Shown here: positions 18,004-28,228 of the stretch, in pieces
Layout of the letters: each line of letters starts with the position of its first letter
Position numbering within the stretch: position 1 is the stretch's first letter
Virus record (IMG/VR): IMGVR_UViG_647533158_000005
DNA: 44,739 nt
Direction: 5' to 3' (one strand)
DNA from: a virus
Lineage: Duplodnaviria; Heunggongvirae; Uroviricota; Caudoviricetes
The notes under the pieces: generated by a model
The model's database searches: none
What the model was told of the DNA's origin: nothing
Seen by the model: the letters and a program-made list of their open reading frames with translations, nothing else
Program-made: the position numbers and the translations under genes

Positions 18004-19944
18004 ATGGCGTTTAAACATTACGATCTGGTTTCTGCCAGTAGCTGTGATGAACTGCAAAAAAAACTGGCAGAAAAAATAAGTGAAGGGTGGCAGCCATATA
18101 GTTCGCCGTTTACTTCGTATGACGATAACGGGATGAAGTTTATTCAGGCTGTTGCCGCAGAAGGTGAAGTCAGGGTTCCTGTTGAAGTTCCTGATGACGG
18201 TGATGGTTCACAGACCACAATTACCTCTGGTGCACCTGACTATTACTACGTGGTGGTACTCGCCGGCCAGTCCAACGGGATGGCCTACGGTGAAGGGCTT
18301 CCGTTACCGGATTCATTTGACCGTCCTGAACCGCGAATTAAACAACTGGCACGCCGCAGCACTGTGACGCCGGGCGGTACGCTGTGTAAATATAACGACC
18401 TTATTCAGGCAGACCACTGCCTGCATCATGTGCAGGACATGAGCGGGATAAACCACCCGAAAGCTGACCTGAGTAAAGGGCAGTATGGCTGTGTCGGTCA
18501 GGGGCTGCATATTGCCAAAAAACTTCTGCCTTATATTCCGCAGAATGCCGGGATACTTCTGGTTCCCTGCTGTCGTGGTGCTTCGGCATTCACCACCGGG
18601 GATGACGGCTCATTCAGTGAGGTCAGCGGTGCTTCCGCTGATTCTTCACGCTGGGGAGCCGGTAAACCCCTGTATCAGGACCTGCTCAGTCGCACCAGAG
18701 CGGCGCTGGCGAAGAACCCGAAAAATAAACTTCTGGCTGTGGTATGGATGCAGGGAGAGGCAGACCTTGCTTCAGGAAGTCAGCAGCATAATGGTTTATT
18801 CACAGCCATGGTTCAGCAGTTCAGAACCGACCTGTCTTCGCTTGCTGCGCAGTGCGTAAGTGGAAATGCTGCCACGGTGCCGTGGATTTGTGGTGATACC
18901 ACGTATTACTGGAAAAACACGTATGCCACGCAGTATGAAACAGTCTATGGCGCATATAAAAATCTGACCGCACAGAATATTTTCTTTGTGCCGTTCCTGA
19001 CGGATGAGAATGGACAGAACACGCCAACGAATGCTCCGGCGGAAGACCCGGATATTGTGGCTGTCGGGTATTACGGTGCGGCATCCCGTACCCAGGGCAG
19101 TTTTGTCTCCACACAGCGTGACAGCCATTTCAGCTCATGGGCACGCAGGGGCATCATTTCTGACCGTCTGGCCTCCGCTATTCTGCTCCATGCAGGGCGC
19201 ACGGCTGAACTGATGGGCGGGCAGGCCGTGACACCACCGGATGAGAAGCCGTCACCTGACACCCCGTCAGCGGACGGGAAATCAATGACAACGCTGCTTT
19301 CTTACCGGGCATCGGAGTCAGGCGGAGCACTGAAGTCACAGGGATGGGCGGCTGCCGGTGGGAGTGCCATTATTGTTGATGATGCCGGTGCCAGCGGGGG
19401 CAAGGCGCTGAAGCTGACAAAACAGACCGGAAAGTCATGGTTTATGCAGCATGATGCCGGTAATGGTGCTGACCTGCTGGAAAAAGGTGGCCTTGTCAGC
19501 TGTCGTTTTAAACTTGATGGCGCGCTTACGGCTAATCAGTACGCACTGGCGCTGTACTGGCCGGTTTCTTCGCTGCCTCAGGGCGTCACACTGGAAGGTA
19601 ATGCCGGTCATAACCTGCTGGCATCGTTTTACGTTCAGAGCGATGCCACAGACCTTAACGTGATGTACCACAAGGGTAATCCGGACCAGAACACGAAGCT
19701 GGGTTCATTCGGTGCATTTAATAACGAGTGGCATACGCTGGCATTCCGTTTTGCCGGTAATAACAGCATTCAGGTGACGCCGGTGATTGATGGTAAGGAC
19801 GGGACACCGTTCATGCTGTCGCAGTCTCCGGTAGGGACACTGGCGGCAGACAAGTTACGCCTGACAGATTTAACCAGTACGGCAACATATCCGGTGCTGA
19901 TTGACAGCATTTTGGTGGAAGTGAATAACCCGTCAGCAGGATAA
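18004..19944 (+). CDS. Prophage sialate O-acetylesterase-like protein (NanS-p family, SGNH/SASA domain)
   Basis: 646-aa ORF with GAGGA Shine-Dalgarno; VVLAGQSNG motif typical of SASA/SGNH esterases; size and position (upstream of lysis genes) match NanS-p of Stx phages. Confidence 0.75.
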   Translation: MAFKHYDLVSASSCDELQKKLAEKISEGWQPYSSPFTSYDDNGMKFIQAVAAEGEVRVPVEVPDDGDGSQTTITSGAPDYYYVVVLAGQSNGMAYGEGLPLPDSFDRPEPRIKQLARRSTVTPGGTLCKYNDLIQADHCLHHVQDMSGINHPKADLSKGQYGCVGQGLHIAKKLLPYIPQNAGILLVPCCRGASAFTTGDDGSFSEVSGASADSSRWGAGKPLYQDLLSRTRAALAKNPKNKLLAVVWMQGEADLASGSQQHNGLFTAMVQQFRTDLSSLAAQCVSGNAATVPWICGDTTYYWKNTYATQYETVYGAYKNLTAQNIFFVPFLTDENGQNTPTNAPAEDPDIVAVGYYGAASRTQGSFVSTQRDSHFSSWARRGIISDRLASAILLHAGRTAELMGGQAVTPPDEKPSPDTPSADGKSMTTLLSYRASESGGALKSQGWAAAGGSAIIVDDAGASGGKALKLTKQTGKSWFMQHDAGNGADLLEKGGLVSCRFKLDGALTANQYALALYWPVSSLPQGVTLEGNAGHNLLASFYVQSDATDLNVMYHKGNPDQNTKLGSFGAFNNEWHTLAFRFAGNNSIQVTPVIDGKDGTPFMLSQSPVGTLAADKLRLTDLTSTATYPVLIDSILVEVNNPSAG

Positions 19945-20083
19945 AAAAAATGCCGCCGGGAAAGGGAAACAAGGAGAAAAACCGGCGGCAAAGGTTGTCA
20001 CATCCAAAGCAAAACATGCAGGACGCTTTTTTAACCAACAGGTATTAACGATGTCAACACCATATCAATAACTGGGAGGGATA

Positions 20084-20266
20084 ATGACATTTTTACAGCT
20101 TATTTTATTGTATTTCTGCACGGTGGTGTGTGCGTTATATCTGGTGAGTGGCGGATATAAGGTAATACGTAATTATGTCCGCCGCAAAATTGATGATGCA
20201 GCGGCAGAGAAAGTTAAATCCGCATCATCATCCACGACGCAGTCAGTTAACCAGCCCCTGCCATAA
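20084..20266 (+). CDS. Small membrane protein (60 aa)
   Basis: GGGAGGG Shine-Dalgarno; one N-terminal hydrophobic helix. Confidence 0.4.
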   Translation: MTFLQLILLYFCTVVCALYLVSGGYKVIRNYVRRKIDDAAAEKVKSASSSTTQSVNQPLP

Positions 20267-20300
20267 CGGCGGGGGTTTTGTTTAAGAGAGGAACGAGTTT

Positions 20301-20684
20301 ATGGCAGAAGTGAAAAACACGGGACTGGTCACGACAGAGGTACTGAAACAGGCGCTGTCAGCGCAGGTGGTGCTGAATGCTGTGGAAGCACAGGTAAGAC
20401 AAATCATCAGTAAACAGATTGATGAGGAAGTAAGGGGGGCACTTGCCGGTCTGACGGCGGCGACGCCCGGTGATACTGGTGTGGCGGAGACGCAGGAAAA
20501 ACCTGCGGTAACTGAAAATGCGGCTGCTGCGTCCACCGCAGGCACGGGAACATCACCGGAGCCGGGAACGGATACTTCCGGAACAGAGGCGCATAGTGGC
20601 ACTGCCACTACGACAGGCGGTGAAGCGACAGACAATGGTACTGCGGGGAGCGAGGGTATGGCGGAAGCGCAGCCTTTGCCATAA
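20301..20684 (+). CDS. Hypothetical protein with low-complexity Thr/Gly/Ala-rich C-terminus
   Basis: 127-aa ORF with AGAGGA Shine-Dalgarno immediately upstream of the holin gene. Confidence 0.45.
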   Translation: MAEVKNTGLVTTEVLKQALSAQVVLNAVEAQVRQIISKQIDEEVRGALAGLTAATPGDTGVAETQEKPAVTENAAAASTAGTGTSPEPGTDTSGTEAHSGTATTTGGEATDNGTAGSEGMAEAQPLP

Positions 20685-20749
20685 GCATCCCTGTGTTGCA
20701 GGAAAACGTGGCTCCCGTCATCAGGCGGGAGTGTTACGGAGCGGGGATT

Positions 20750-20962
20750 ATGAAGATGGATAAACTGGCAACAGGTGTGTCCTATGGTTCATCGGCGGCA
20801 GGAACGGGTTACTGGCTGTTTCAGTTGCTGGATAAGGTGACGCCTTCACAGTGGACGGCGATAGGCGTGCTGGGGAGCCTGCTGTTTGGTCTGCTGACAT
20901 ACCTGACGAACCTGTATTTCAAAATTAAAGAAGACCGACGCAAGGCGGCGCGGGGAGAGTAA
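20750..20962 (+). CDS. S: Class II holin (phage 21 S-like pinholin) with dual-start motif
   Basis: 70-aa product [13 protein letters not shown]...[33 protein letters not shown] matches S21; Met-Lys-Met dual start. Confidence 0.85.
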   Translation: MKMDKLATGVSYGSSAAGTGYWLFQLLDKVTPSQWTAIGVLGSLLFGLLTYLTNLYFKIKEDRRKAARGE

Positions 20963-20966
20963 AGCG

Positions 20967-21281
20967 ATGAAGAAAAAATATGAACTGGTTGTTAAAGGGA
21001 TAACTAATTACGGGGATAAGATTACTGTTACTGTGAAGCCGGAAGGTGACTGGCAAGCGTCGCTGTTGTCGCAATATGTGGTGATTGATCTTGAACGTGT
21101 TGAAGGTGCCCCGCTGGAATTTTACGAAGCGGAGGCGAAAAAACAGGCGAAGCAGTTTTTCATGGATATTGCTGTCGGGTTACGTGAAGGGGATGACCTG
21201 CTGACAGAAAAACGCCTCCGTTCAGAGGCGCTGTACACTATAAAAATTAACAGCTCAGATAACACGATTGCTGGTTGTTAG
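20967..21281 (+). CDS. Hypothetical protein inserted between holin and endolysin
   Basis: 104-aa ORF starting 5 nt after the holin stop; no recognisable motif. Confidence 0.45.
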   Translation: MKKKYELVVKGITNYGDKITVTVKPEGDWQASLLSQYVVIDLERVEGAPLEFYEAEAKKQAKQFFMDIAVGLREGDDLLTEKRLRSEALYTIKINSSDNTIAGC

Positions 21282-21517
21282 CCTTTTGTTTCAGTTGGCT
21301 TTCCAATATCTTTCATTGGTAGCAGCATTTCCAGATTGCTTTTGATATATGGATTATTTACATGTTCATTTAATTGATGAATGATTCCATTTTTTTCATT
21401 CTGGTCCAGTACAGAAAATATTACTGTAATCATATATTTAAGAGCTTCAATTTCTTTTGCTGTTGAGGAAGGAGATGAGCAGTCCACTGCAATATTAATC
21501 ATAGCTTCTTTTTGCAT
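21278..21517 (-). CDS. Hypothetical small protein (79 aa), antisense to lysis operon
   Basis: GAGGA Shine-Dalgarno 7 nt upstream of ATG; very AT-rich; 3' end overlaps the 20967..21281 gene by 4 nt. Confidence 0.35.
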   Translation of the reverse strand: MQKEAMINIAVDCSSPSSTAKEIEALKYMITVIFSVLDQNEKNGIIHQLNEHVNNPYIKSNLEMLLPMKDIGKPTETKG

Positions 21518-21647
21518 ATAAAATCCTCAGATGGGGTAGCTCAGCCAACCACCCGGATACTTAACTGGAACACCAGTGTCGCACTACTGGCGGGTGAAGA
21601 TTTAACATATCCAGGGATTCGGAACCGATAAATCCTGATAAATATCC

Positions 21648-22181
21648 ATGAACGCAAAAATCAAATACGGCCTGTCGGCTGCCGTTCTGGCGCTGATTGC
21701 CGCAGGTGCTTCTGCGCCTGAAATCCTCGACCAGTTTCTGGATGAGAAAGAAGGCAACCACCTGACGGCATACCGTGACGGTGCCGGGATATGGACTATC
21801 TGCCGTGGTGCCACCCGGGTGGATGGCAGACCAGTAGTCCCCGGCATGAAGCTGACGAAGGAAAAATGCGCTCAGGTTAATGCCATTGAACGTGACAGGG
21901 CGCTGGCGTGGGTGGAGAAAAACATCAAAGTGCCACTGACTGAACCGCAGAAAGCGGGGATTGCGTCGTTCTGTCCGTACAACATCGGGCCGTCGAAATG
22001 CTTCACCTCAACGTTTTACCGGAAGCTGAACGCCGGAGACCGGAAAGGTGCATGTGCTGAAATCCGTCGCTGGATATATGACGGCGGTAAAGACTGCCGG
22101 AACCACTCAAATAACTGTTACGGGCAGGTGTCGCGGCGTGACCAGGAAAGTGCGCTGGCGTGCTGGGGAATTGATGAATGA
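21648..22181 (+). CDS. R: Endolysin, phage lysozyme with N-terminal SAR (signal-anchor-release) segment
   Basis: 177-aa ORF; hydrophobic Ala/Gly-rich N-terminus ([15 protein letters not shown]) followed by lysozyme-like catalytic region ([20 protein letters not shown]); followed by Rz/Rz1. Confidence 0.85.
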   Translation: MNAKIKYGLSAAVLALIAAGASAPEILDQFLDEKEGNHLTAYRDGAGIWTICRGATRVDGRPVVPGMKLTKEKCAQVNAIERDRALAWVEKNIKVPLTEPQKAGIASFCPYNIGPSKCFTSTFYRKLNAGDRKGACAEIRRWIYDGGKDCRNHSNNCYGQVSRRDQESALACWGIDE

Positions 22182-22645
22182 ATCGTATCTTAGCCGGAGT
22201 GGCAGTTGTCCTCCTGGTGGCCTGCGGTGCGCTGTGGCTGGCAACAGACCACTACCGGGATAACGCCATCACCTACAAGGCGCAGCGCGATAAAAAAGCC
22301 AGTGAACTGAAGCTGGCGAACGCCACCATTACTGACATGCAGCAGCGCCAGCGTGATGTTGCTGCACTCGATGCAAAATACACGAAGGAGTTAGCCGATG
22401 CGAAAGCTGAAAATGAAACTCTGCGCGCTGATGTTGCCGCTGGTCGCCGCAGCCTGCGCGTCAACGCCACCTGCGTGTCCACCACAGACAAAACCACCGG
22501 AACCGCCAGCATGGATAATGCAGCCCGCCCCAGACTGGCAGACGCCGCTGAATGGAATTATTTCACCCTCAGAGACAAGTTGAAAACGATGCAGGCGCAA
22601 CTGGAAGGGGCGCAGGCATATATCCGTACTCAGTGTCTGAAATAA
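22178..22645 (+). CDS. Rz: Rz-like inner-membrane spanin
   Basis: 155-aa ORF overlapping the endolysin stop; N-terminal transmembrane helix then coiled-coil-like region; contains embedded Rz1 frame. Confidence 0.8.
   Translation: MNRILAGVAVVLLVACGALWLATDHYRDNAITYKAQRDKKASELKLANATITDMQQRQRDVAALDAKYTKELADAKAENETLRADVAAGRRSLRVNATCVSTTDKTTGTASMDNAARPRLADAAEWNYFTLRDKLKTMQAQLEGAQAYIRTQCLK
22398..22583 (+). CDS. Rz1: Rz1-like outer-membrane lipoprotein spanin (embedded in Rz, +1 frame)
   Basis: 61-aa ORF wholly inside Rz; signal peptide with lipobox-like Cys, Pro-rich mature region. Confidence 0.65.
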   Translation: MRKLKMKLCALMLPLVAAACASTPPACPPQTKPPEPPAWIMQPAPDWQTPLNGIISPSETS

Positions 22646-23710
22646 GTTTTGCTGATGCGCCGTATCGTCACCGTATTCCCGCATTAACAGAGACCGCAGC
22701 CATTGCGGGATACTCCTCTGCGTGAGTGTGCGGGGATAATCAAAAACGATACACACCGGGGTTTACCGTGTTAACGGAGCGCGGCGTTGTCCCCTCATGG
22801 TCGCCCGTCCGGTGCGATGGTGGAAGAAACCGGAATGATGAATTGTGAATGCAAAATATGGTTCTGCATTGAATAATACTGGCATTGTTTCCTGTTTACA
22901 TCCAGAACATATTTAAATATGCCTGCCTGGGACAGAGTAAAGTGGCTACGGAAAAAAGGTATGCTACCGGATAAATGTTTTTTGATAACCAGTTTTGTCC
23001 AGATATTGTTTGATCTGTGGTTTATATAAACAGGTCTTTTTTTGGTCTGTACCGTGATCATACTATGGTTATGTGTGGTAAAGCGTATATTCCCTGTAGA
23101 CAGGAAATAAAAACAATGCGAGATATCATTTTTTTTAAGATAGTCAGTGACGGAAATAATATCGCTATTGTGTGATGAAATAAGCAAGGATATAACAGAG
23201 CTAAGCCGGTTGTTCTCTGTGGTGACACAATCTGGAGGCGATAAATCAGAATGCGTGATGTAAAGATTAAGCATGTAAAACCATGGTGTTTAACTGAAGG
23301 TTACTGTGCGGCGGGAAAATAATGAAGTGAAAAGCTAATGTCTATTTGTTATTTTCGCATGATAAAGCAGAGGTATTATTTTTTTGCTAATTTATTCTTT
23401 TGATATGTCTTATCTGTATTTGTGGTTGGTTGTAAACCTCTATTGCAACTGACATCGTCAGCAATGTTGCATACTCATTCAGGTGCAACATGGCGTGGAA
23501 GAAAGAATACAGGTATGAGGATATTTGAGTGGATGATAAAAAAAAGCCGCAGGTGGTATGCGGCATGAAATGGCACGAATCAGTGGATATATCTTTTTTC
23601 GTTTGTATTTTTATCTTATTTCCAGAGGTGTAATCAATTCGAAAAATACGTGAGAACAGAGCGTATATTTTCGACCTTTTTATGGGTCCTCCTGGTGGGG
23701 TCGGCCTGTC

Positions 23711-23735
23711 CACGGGGCGGGTCGGCGCGGAAAAA
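23711..23735. other. Candidate cos site (cosN-like) about 190 bp upstream of terminase small subunit
   Basis: cacggggcgggtcggcgcgg resembles the lambda cosN region (acggggcggcgacctcgcggg); spacing to the terminase small-subunit start matches lambda cosN to Nu1. Confidence 0.4.
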
Positions 23736-23917
23736 GGCGCATTTTTGTGATTTTATCGTCATCATCATCATGTGTGTAACTTATTGTTTTTAATTGTTTT
23801 AATGCAAAAAAGATGATGGATGTGGTTGATTTTTGTTCGACATCTTTGTGGGGCGGTATTTCTTTACAAAAAAAACAGAGTCACTTCTGTTTTGCGGGTT
23901 ACGTGGAGGACGTGTAA

Positions 23918-24394
23918 ATGGACGGCGAGCTGAAAAATATGAAGTTAAATATTAATCAACTGGCATCCCTTTCAGGCCTGCACCGGCAGACTGTTACCGC
24001 AAGAATGGCAGATGTTCCTCTTGCACCAGGCAGCAATGAGAAGAAAAAACTTTATTTCCTGACGGATTTGATTACCTCGCTGCTGGAAAAAACACCATCC
24101 ACCGAAGATGAGGAGATGAATCCACACGATCGCAAGGCATGGTATCAGTCCGAGCGCGAGCGTCTTAAATTTCAGCATGAAACTGTTCAGCTTGTGCCCG
24201 TCAGTGATGTCAGGCGGTCGTTTTCCGTCGTGGTGAAAGCGATAGTTCAGATACTGGAAACATGGCCTGACAGGCTGGAAAGGGACAGGGGGTGGACTGC
24301 ATCACAACTGAACGAAGTGCAGATCGTTGTTGATGAGATCCGTGACACGCTGGAAAAGGCAGTGATTGCCTGCTGTGATGAGGCTGATATGTGA
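23918..24394 (+). CDS. Terminase small subunit (Nu1-like, HTH)
   Basis: 158-aa ORF with GGAGGA Shine-Dalgarno; N-terminal HTH-like segment (LNINQLASLSGLHRQTV); stop overlaps start of terminase large subunit. Confidence 0.75.
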   Translation: MDGELKNMKLNINQLASLSGLHRQTVTARMADVPLAPGSNEKKKLYFLTDLITSLLEKTPSTEDEEMNPHDRKAWYQSERERLKFQHETVQLVPVSDVRRSFSVVVKAIVQILETWPDRLERDRGWTASQLNEVQIVVDEIRDTLEKAVIACCDEADM

Positions 24395-26514
24395 ATCAGG
24401 TGAACGAGAGCCATAGCCGCGCATCCGATATCTGGCGCGAAGTGGCCTCGCTGTTTCGCCCACCTGGCCGGTTACCTGTGGCGGAAGCCATCAGGCGTTA
24501 TATGCGGGTACCACGGGGAGCCAATACTTCCGGTCCGTGGGAGTCATCGCTGACGCCCTATATGATTGACCCCATTAATACATTATCAGCCCGTGAATAT
24601 GACGCGGTGGTGTTTGTGGGACCGGCGCGAACCGGGAAAACCGAAGGGCTGATTGATGGCTGGATTGTGTACGGCATCATCTGTGATCCGGCGGATATGC
24701 TGGTGGTGCAGATGACCGAGACCAAGGCGCGTGAGCATTCCAGAACGCGTCTTTCCAGGACGTTTCGTCACAGCCCGGAGGTCTGCAAACGCCTCAGTCC
24801 TTCCCGTAATGACAACAACGTCCACGATAAAATGTTTCTTGACGGCTCCTTCCTGAAGATTGGCTGGCCGTCGATCACCGTATTTTCCTCTTCGGATTAC
24901 CGTCGTGTGGCGCTGACGGATTATGACCGTTTTCCTGAGAACGTTGACGGTGAAGGGGATGCCTTCACCCTGGCATCAAAGCGTACCACCACCTTTATGT
25001 CCTCAGGGATGACCCTGGTCGAAAGTTCACCCGGGCGGGATATCACTGACACCAAATGGCGATGTGGTGGTGCACATGAGGCTCCGCCAACAACGGGGAT
25101 CCTGTCGCTGTATAACCGGGGAGACCGCCGCCGGTGGTACTGGCCGTGTCCGCACTGCGGGGAATATTTTCAGCCGGTGATGGATAACATGACCGGCTAC
25201 CGGAATAACCCCGATTTTGTGGCTGCAGGTCAGGCTGCCCGTCTGATGTGCCCGCACTGTCGTGGGCTGATTGCCCCGGAGCAGAAACGTGAACTGAATA
25301 ACCAGGGGATCTGGCTTCGTGAAGGTGAACGGGCGGCGGCGGACGGCAGTATCACCGGAACACCACGAAATTCCAGGATTGCGTCATTCTGGATGGAGGG
25401 GCCAGCTGCCGCGTTTCAGACCTGGGAACAACTGATTTTTAAACTGCTGGCGGCAGAAGAAGAGTATGAGCGAACCGGCAGTGAAGAGACCCTGAAAGCG
25501 GTGGTGAACACCGATATCGGACGGCCCTATCTGCCCCGTTCAGCCACGGAACAGCGTAAAAGTGAGCTGCTTGAACAGCGTGCGGAGCCGGTTCCACGGC
25601 GATGTGTGCCGGATGGCGTGCGCTTCATTGAGGCAACAGTGGACGTACAGGGCGGTAAAAACAGACGTTTTGTGGTGCAGATCACCGGATACGGAGAACA
25701 GGGAGAACGCTGGATTGTTGATCGCTACAACATCCGGCATTCACTGCGATGCAGTCCCAACGGTGAAAGTCTGCTGGTTGATCCGGCGGCATATCCGGAG
25801 GACTGGGATTTGTTGCTGACGGATGTGTTCCATAAAACATGGCCGCTGGCGTCTGATCCGGATGTGCGCATGCGGCTGATGGCCATGGCGGTGGATACGG
25901 GCGGTGAAGCCGGGGTGACGGATAACGCCTATCGTTTCTGGCGGCAGTGCCGCCGCGAAGGGCTGGGTAACCGGGTGTTTCTGTTCAAGGGTGATGGCCT
26001 GCGTCGCGACAGACTGATTAACCGTACTTTCCCGGATAACACCGGCAGAAGTGCCCGCCGTGCCAGGGCCAGCGGTGATGTTGCCCTGTGGCTGGTGCAG
26101 ACCGATGCGTTTAAGGACCGGGTGAATAATGCCCTGTGGCGTGACACACCTGGGCCTAACTATATCCACTTTCCCGACTGGCTGGGGCGGTGGTTTTTCG
26201 ATGAACTGACCTATGAGGAGCGCGGCAGTGACGGAAAATGGCGAAAACCGGGCAGGGGCGCTAACGAAGCGTTTGACCTGCTGGTCTACGCGGATGCGCT
26301 TGCCGTTCTGCATGGTTACGAAAAGATCCGCTGGTCGTCTGCACCTGACTGGGCACAACGGGAAACGTGGCTTGTCGGTCCGGAGGAGCGTTCAGGGCTG
26401 ACAACATCACGGGCGCTGCCGGGAAGGAAAGAAAAACGCCGTCACTGGCAGGAAAAGCTGCGCACAGAGCGTGCAGAGGATAATCCGTGGATAACATCAG
26501 GAGGCTGGTTGTGA
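24391..26514 (+). CDS. Terminase large subunit (GpA family)
   Basis: 707-aa ORF; Walker A-like VFVGPARTGKT; CPHCGEYF zinc-finger-like motif as in lambda gpA; GTG start overlapping upstream stop. Confidence 0.9.
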   Translation: MNQVNESHSRASDIWREVASLFRPPGRLPVAEAIRRYMRVPRGANTSGPWESSLTPYMIDPINTLSAREYDAVVFVGPARTGKTEGLIDGWIVYGIICDPADMLVVQMTETKAREHSRTRLSRTFRHSPEVCKRLSPSRNDNNVHDKMFLDGSFLKIGWPSITVFSSSDYRRVALTDYDRFPENVDGEGDAFTLASKRTTTFMSSGMTLVESSPGRDITDTKWRCGGAHEAPPTTGILSLYNRGDRRRWYWPCPHCGEYFQPVMDNMTGYRNNPDFVAAGQAARLMCPHCRGLIAPEQKRELNNQGIWLREGERAAADGSITGTPRNSRIASFWMEGPAAAFQTWEQLIFKLLAAEEEYERTGSEETLKAVVNTDIGRPYLPRSATEQRKSELLEQRAEPVPRRCVPDGVRFIEATVDVQGGKNRRFVVQITGYGEQGERWIVDRYNIRHSLRCSPNGESLLVDPAAYPEDWDLLLTDVFHKTWPLASDPDVRMRLMAMAVDTGGEAGVTDNAYRFWRQCRREGLGNRVFLFKGDGLRRDRLINRTFPDNTGRSARRARASGDVALWLVQTDAFKDRVNNALWRDTPGPNYIHFPDWLGRWFFDELTYEERGSDGKWRKPGRGANEAFDLLVYADALAVLHGYEKIRWSSAPDWAQRETWLVGPEERSGLTTSRALPGRKEKRRHWQEKLRTERAEDNPWITSGGWL

Positions 26515-26723
26515 GTATTGATGATGTCAGGAACATGATACAGAGGTACCGCGATGCGGAAATGGCGGTACTGGAGGGAAAATCTGTCACGTTTAACGGG
26601 CAGCAACTGACGCTGGAAAGTCTGTCCCAGATCCGCGCCGGTCGTCAGGAGTGGGAGCGAAGACTTACGGCGATGGTGAACCGCAGACGGGGGAGTCCGG
26701 GGTTTAAACTGGCGAGGTTCTGA
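26511..26723 (+). CDS. Head-tail joining protein W-like
   Basis: GTG start after AGGAGG; C-terminus ...RRRGSPGF resembles lambda gpW C-terminus; sits between terminase and portal. Confidence 0.6.
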   Translation: MSIDDVRNMIQRYRDAEMAVLEGKSVTFNGQQLTLESLSQIRAGRQEWERRLTAMVNRRRGSPGFKLARF

Positions 26724-28228
26724 TGGCAATTAGTGATGATGTGATTGGTTTTTTCTCGCCTGGCTGGAAGGCAGCGCGATTACGCTCAAGGGCGTTAATT
26801 ATGGCCTATGAGGCCGTGAAACCCACCAGGACGCATAAAGCCAGGCGGGAAAACCGTTCTGCCGATCAGCTCAGTAAATACGGTGCGGTTTCCCTGCGCG
26901 AGCAGGCCCGCTTTCTGGATATCAATCATGACCTGGTGATAGGCGTGTTTGACAAGCTGGAGGAGCGGGTGATTGGTGCGAAGGGGATCACCGTTGAGCC
27001 TCATCCGGTGATGAAAAACGGGGAGATTGCGGCGGAGCTGGCAGCGGATATCCGACGGCTGTGGGCGGAATGGTCTGTCAGTCCGGATGTGACCGGACAG
27101 TACACCCGCCCCATGCTGGAGCGTCTGTTGCTGCGTACCTGGTTGCGTGACGGGGAAGTGTTTGCGCAGATGGTCAGTGGTGCGGCAAACGGTCTTAAGC
27201 GGTCTGCCGGTGTGCCTTTCTGGCTTGATGCGATGGAGCCGGATTTTGTACCCATGCGCAGTGATGAGTCTGCCGGACTGAATCAGGGCGTTTTTCTGGA
27301 TGAGTGGGGCAGGCCGAAAAAATATCTGGTTTACAAAAGTTATCCGGTTTCCGGGATACAGAGTGATACCAAAGAGATCGCCGCAGACAAAATGGTCCAT
27401 CTGAAATTCACCCGCCGCCTGCACCAGACGCGTGGTGCGTCCATGTTGTCCGGTGTGATGGTGCGTATCAGTGCGCTTAAGGAATATGAAGATGCCGAAC
27501 TGACAGCGGCGCGTATTGCTGCGGCACTGGGGCTGTATATCCGTAAGGGTGACGGACAGGATTACGACGAACAGGGGGCAGACAAAAAAGAAGAGCGGGA
27601 AGTGCATATCACTCCGGGCATTATCTATGACGATTTGCGCAAGGGTGAGGATATCGGCATGGTCAAATCCGACCGTCCTAATCCCAATCTTGAAAATTTT
27701 CGTAACGGTCAGCTGCGTGCGGTGGCGGCAGGCAGTCGTCTGAGCTTTTCCAGTACCGCACGCAACTACAACGGCACCTACAGTTCACAGCGGCAGGAGC
27801 TGGTCGAGTCCACCGACGGTTACCTTATCCTGCAGGACTGCTTTATTGGCGCGGTAACCCGCCCGGTGTACCGTGCATGGCTGAATATGGTGGTTGCTGC
27901 CGGTCTGCTGAAAATCCCGTCTTGCCTGGATATGAAGACGTTATATAACGCGACATATTCCGGTCCGGTGATGCCGTGGATAGATCCGGTTAAGGAGGCT
28001 GAAGCCTGGCGGATACAGATCCGGGGTGGTGCCGCGACGGAATCAGACTGGGTACGTGCCGGTGGACGTCATCCGGATGAGGTTAAACGTCGCCGCAAGG
28101 CTGAAACTGAGGAAAACCGCAGACTGGGGCTGGTCTATGATACTGACCCCGTCAACGACAAAGGAGGCAACAGTGCCGGAACTGAACAACAGCGTCAGCA
28201 GGCCACCGACAGCCAGCATGAAGAATAA
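26723..28228 (+). CDS. Portal protein
   Basis: 501-aa ORF directly after terminase/W, before the protease-capsid gene; size and order typical of a lambdoid portal. Confidence 0.8.
   Translation: MAISDDVIGFFSPGWKAARLRSRALIMAYEAVKPTRTHKARRENRSADQLSKYGAVSLREQARFLDINHDLVIGVFDKLEERVIGAKGITVEPHPVMKNGEIAAELAADIRRLWAEWSVSPDVTGQYTRPMLERLLLRTWLRDGEVFAQMVSGAANGLKRSAGVPFWLDAMEPDFVPMRSDESAGLNQGVFLDEWGRPKKYLVYKSYPVSGIQSDTKEIAADKMVHLKFTRRLHQTRGASMLSGVMVRISALKEYEDAELTAARIAAALGLYIRKGDGQDYDEQGADKKEEREVHITPGIIYDDLRKGEDIGMVKSDRPNPNLENFRNGQLRAVAAGSRLSFSSTARNYNGTYSSQRQELVESTDGYLILQDCFIGAVTRPVYRAWLNMVVAAGLLKIPSCLDMKTLYNATYSGPVMPWIDPVKEAEAWRIQIRGGAATESDWVRAGGRHPDEVKRRRKAETEENRRLGLVYDTDPVNDKGGNSAGTEQQRQQATDSQHEE

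Noticed and set aside
22795-23713. Minus-strand ORFs 22795..23274 (159 aa) and 23387..23713 (108 aa) in the AT-rich region
   Set aside because: Low-complexity, no Shine-Dalgarno, AT-rich DNA lacking stop codons by chance; not bor-like.
25741-27607. Minus-strand ORFs 25741..26358 (205 aa) and 26795..27607 (270 aa)
   Set aside because: Antisense to the well-supported terminase large subunit and portal genes; Arg/Pro-rich composition typical of GC-rich antisense frames.
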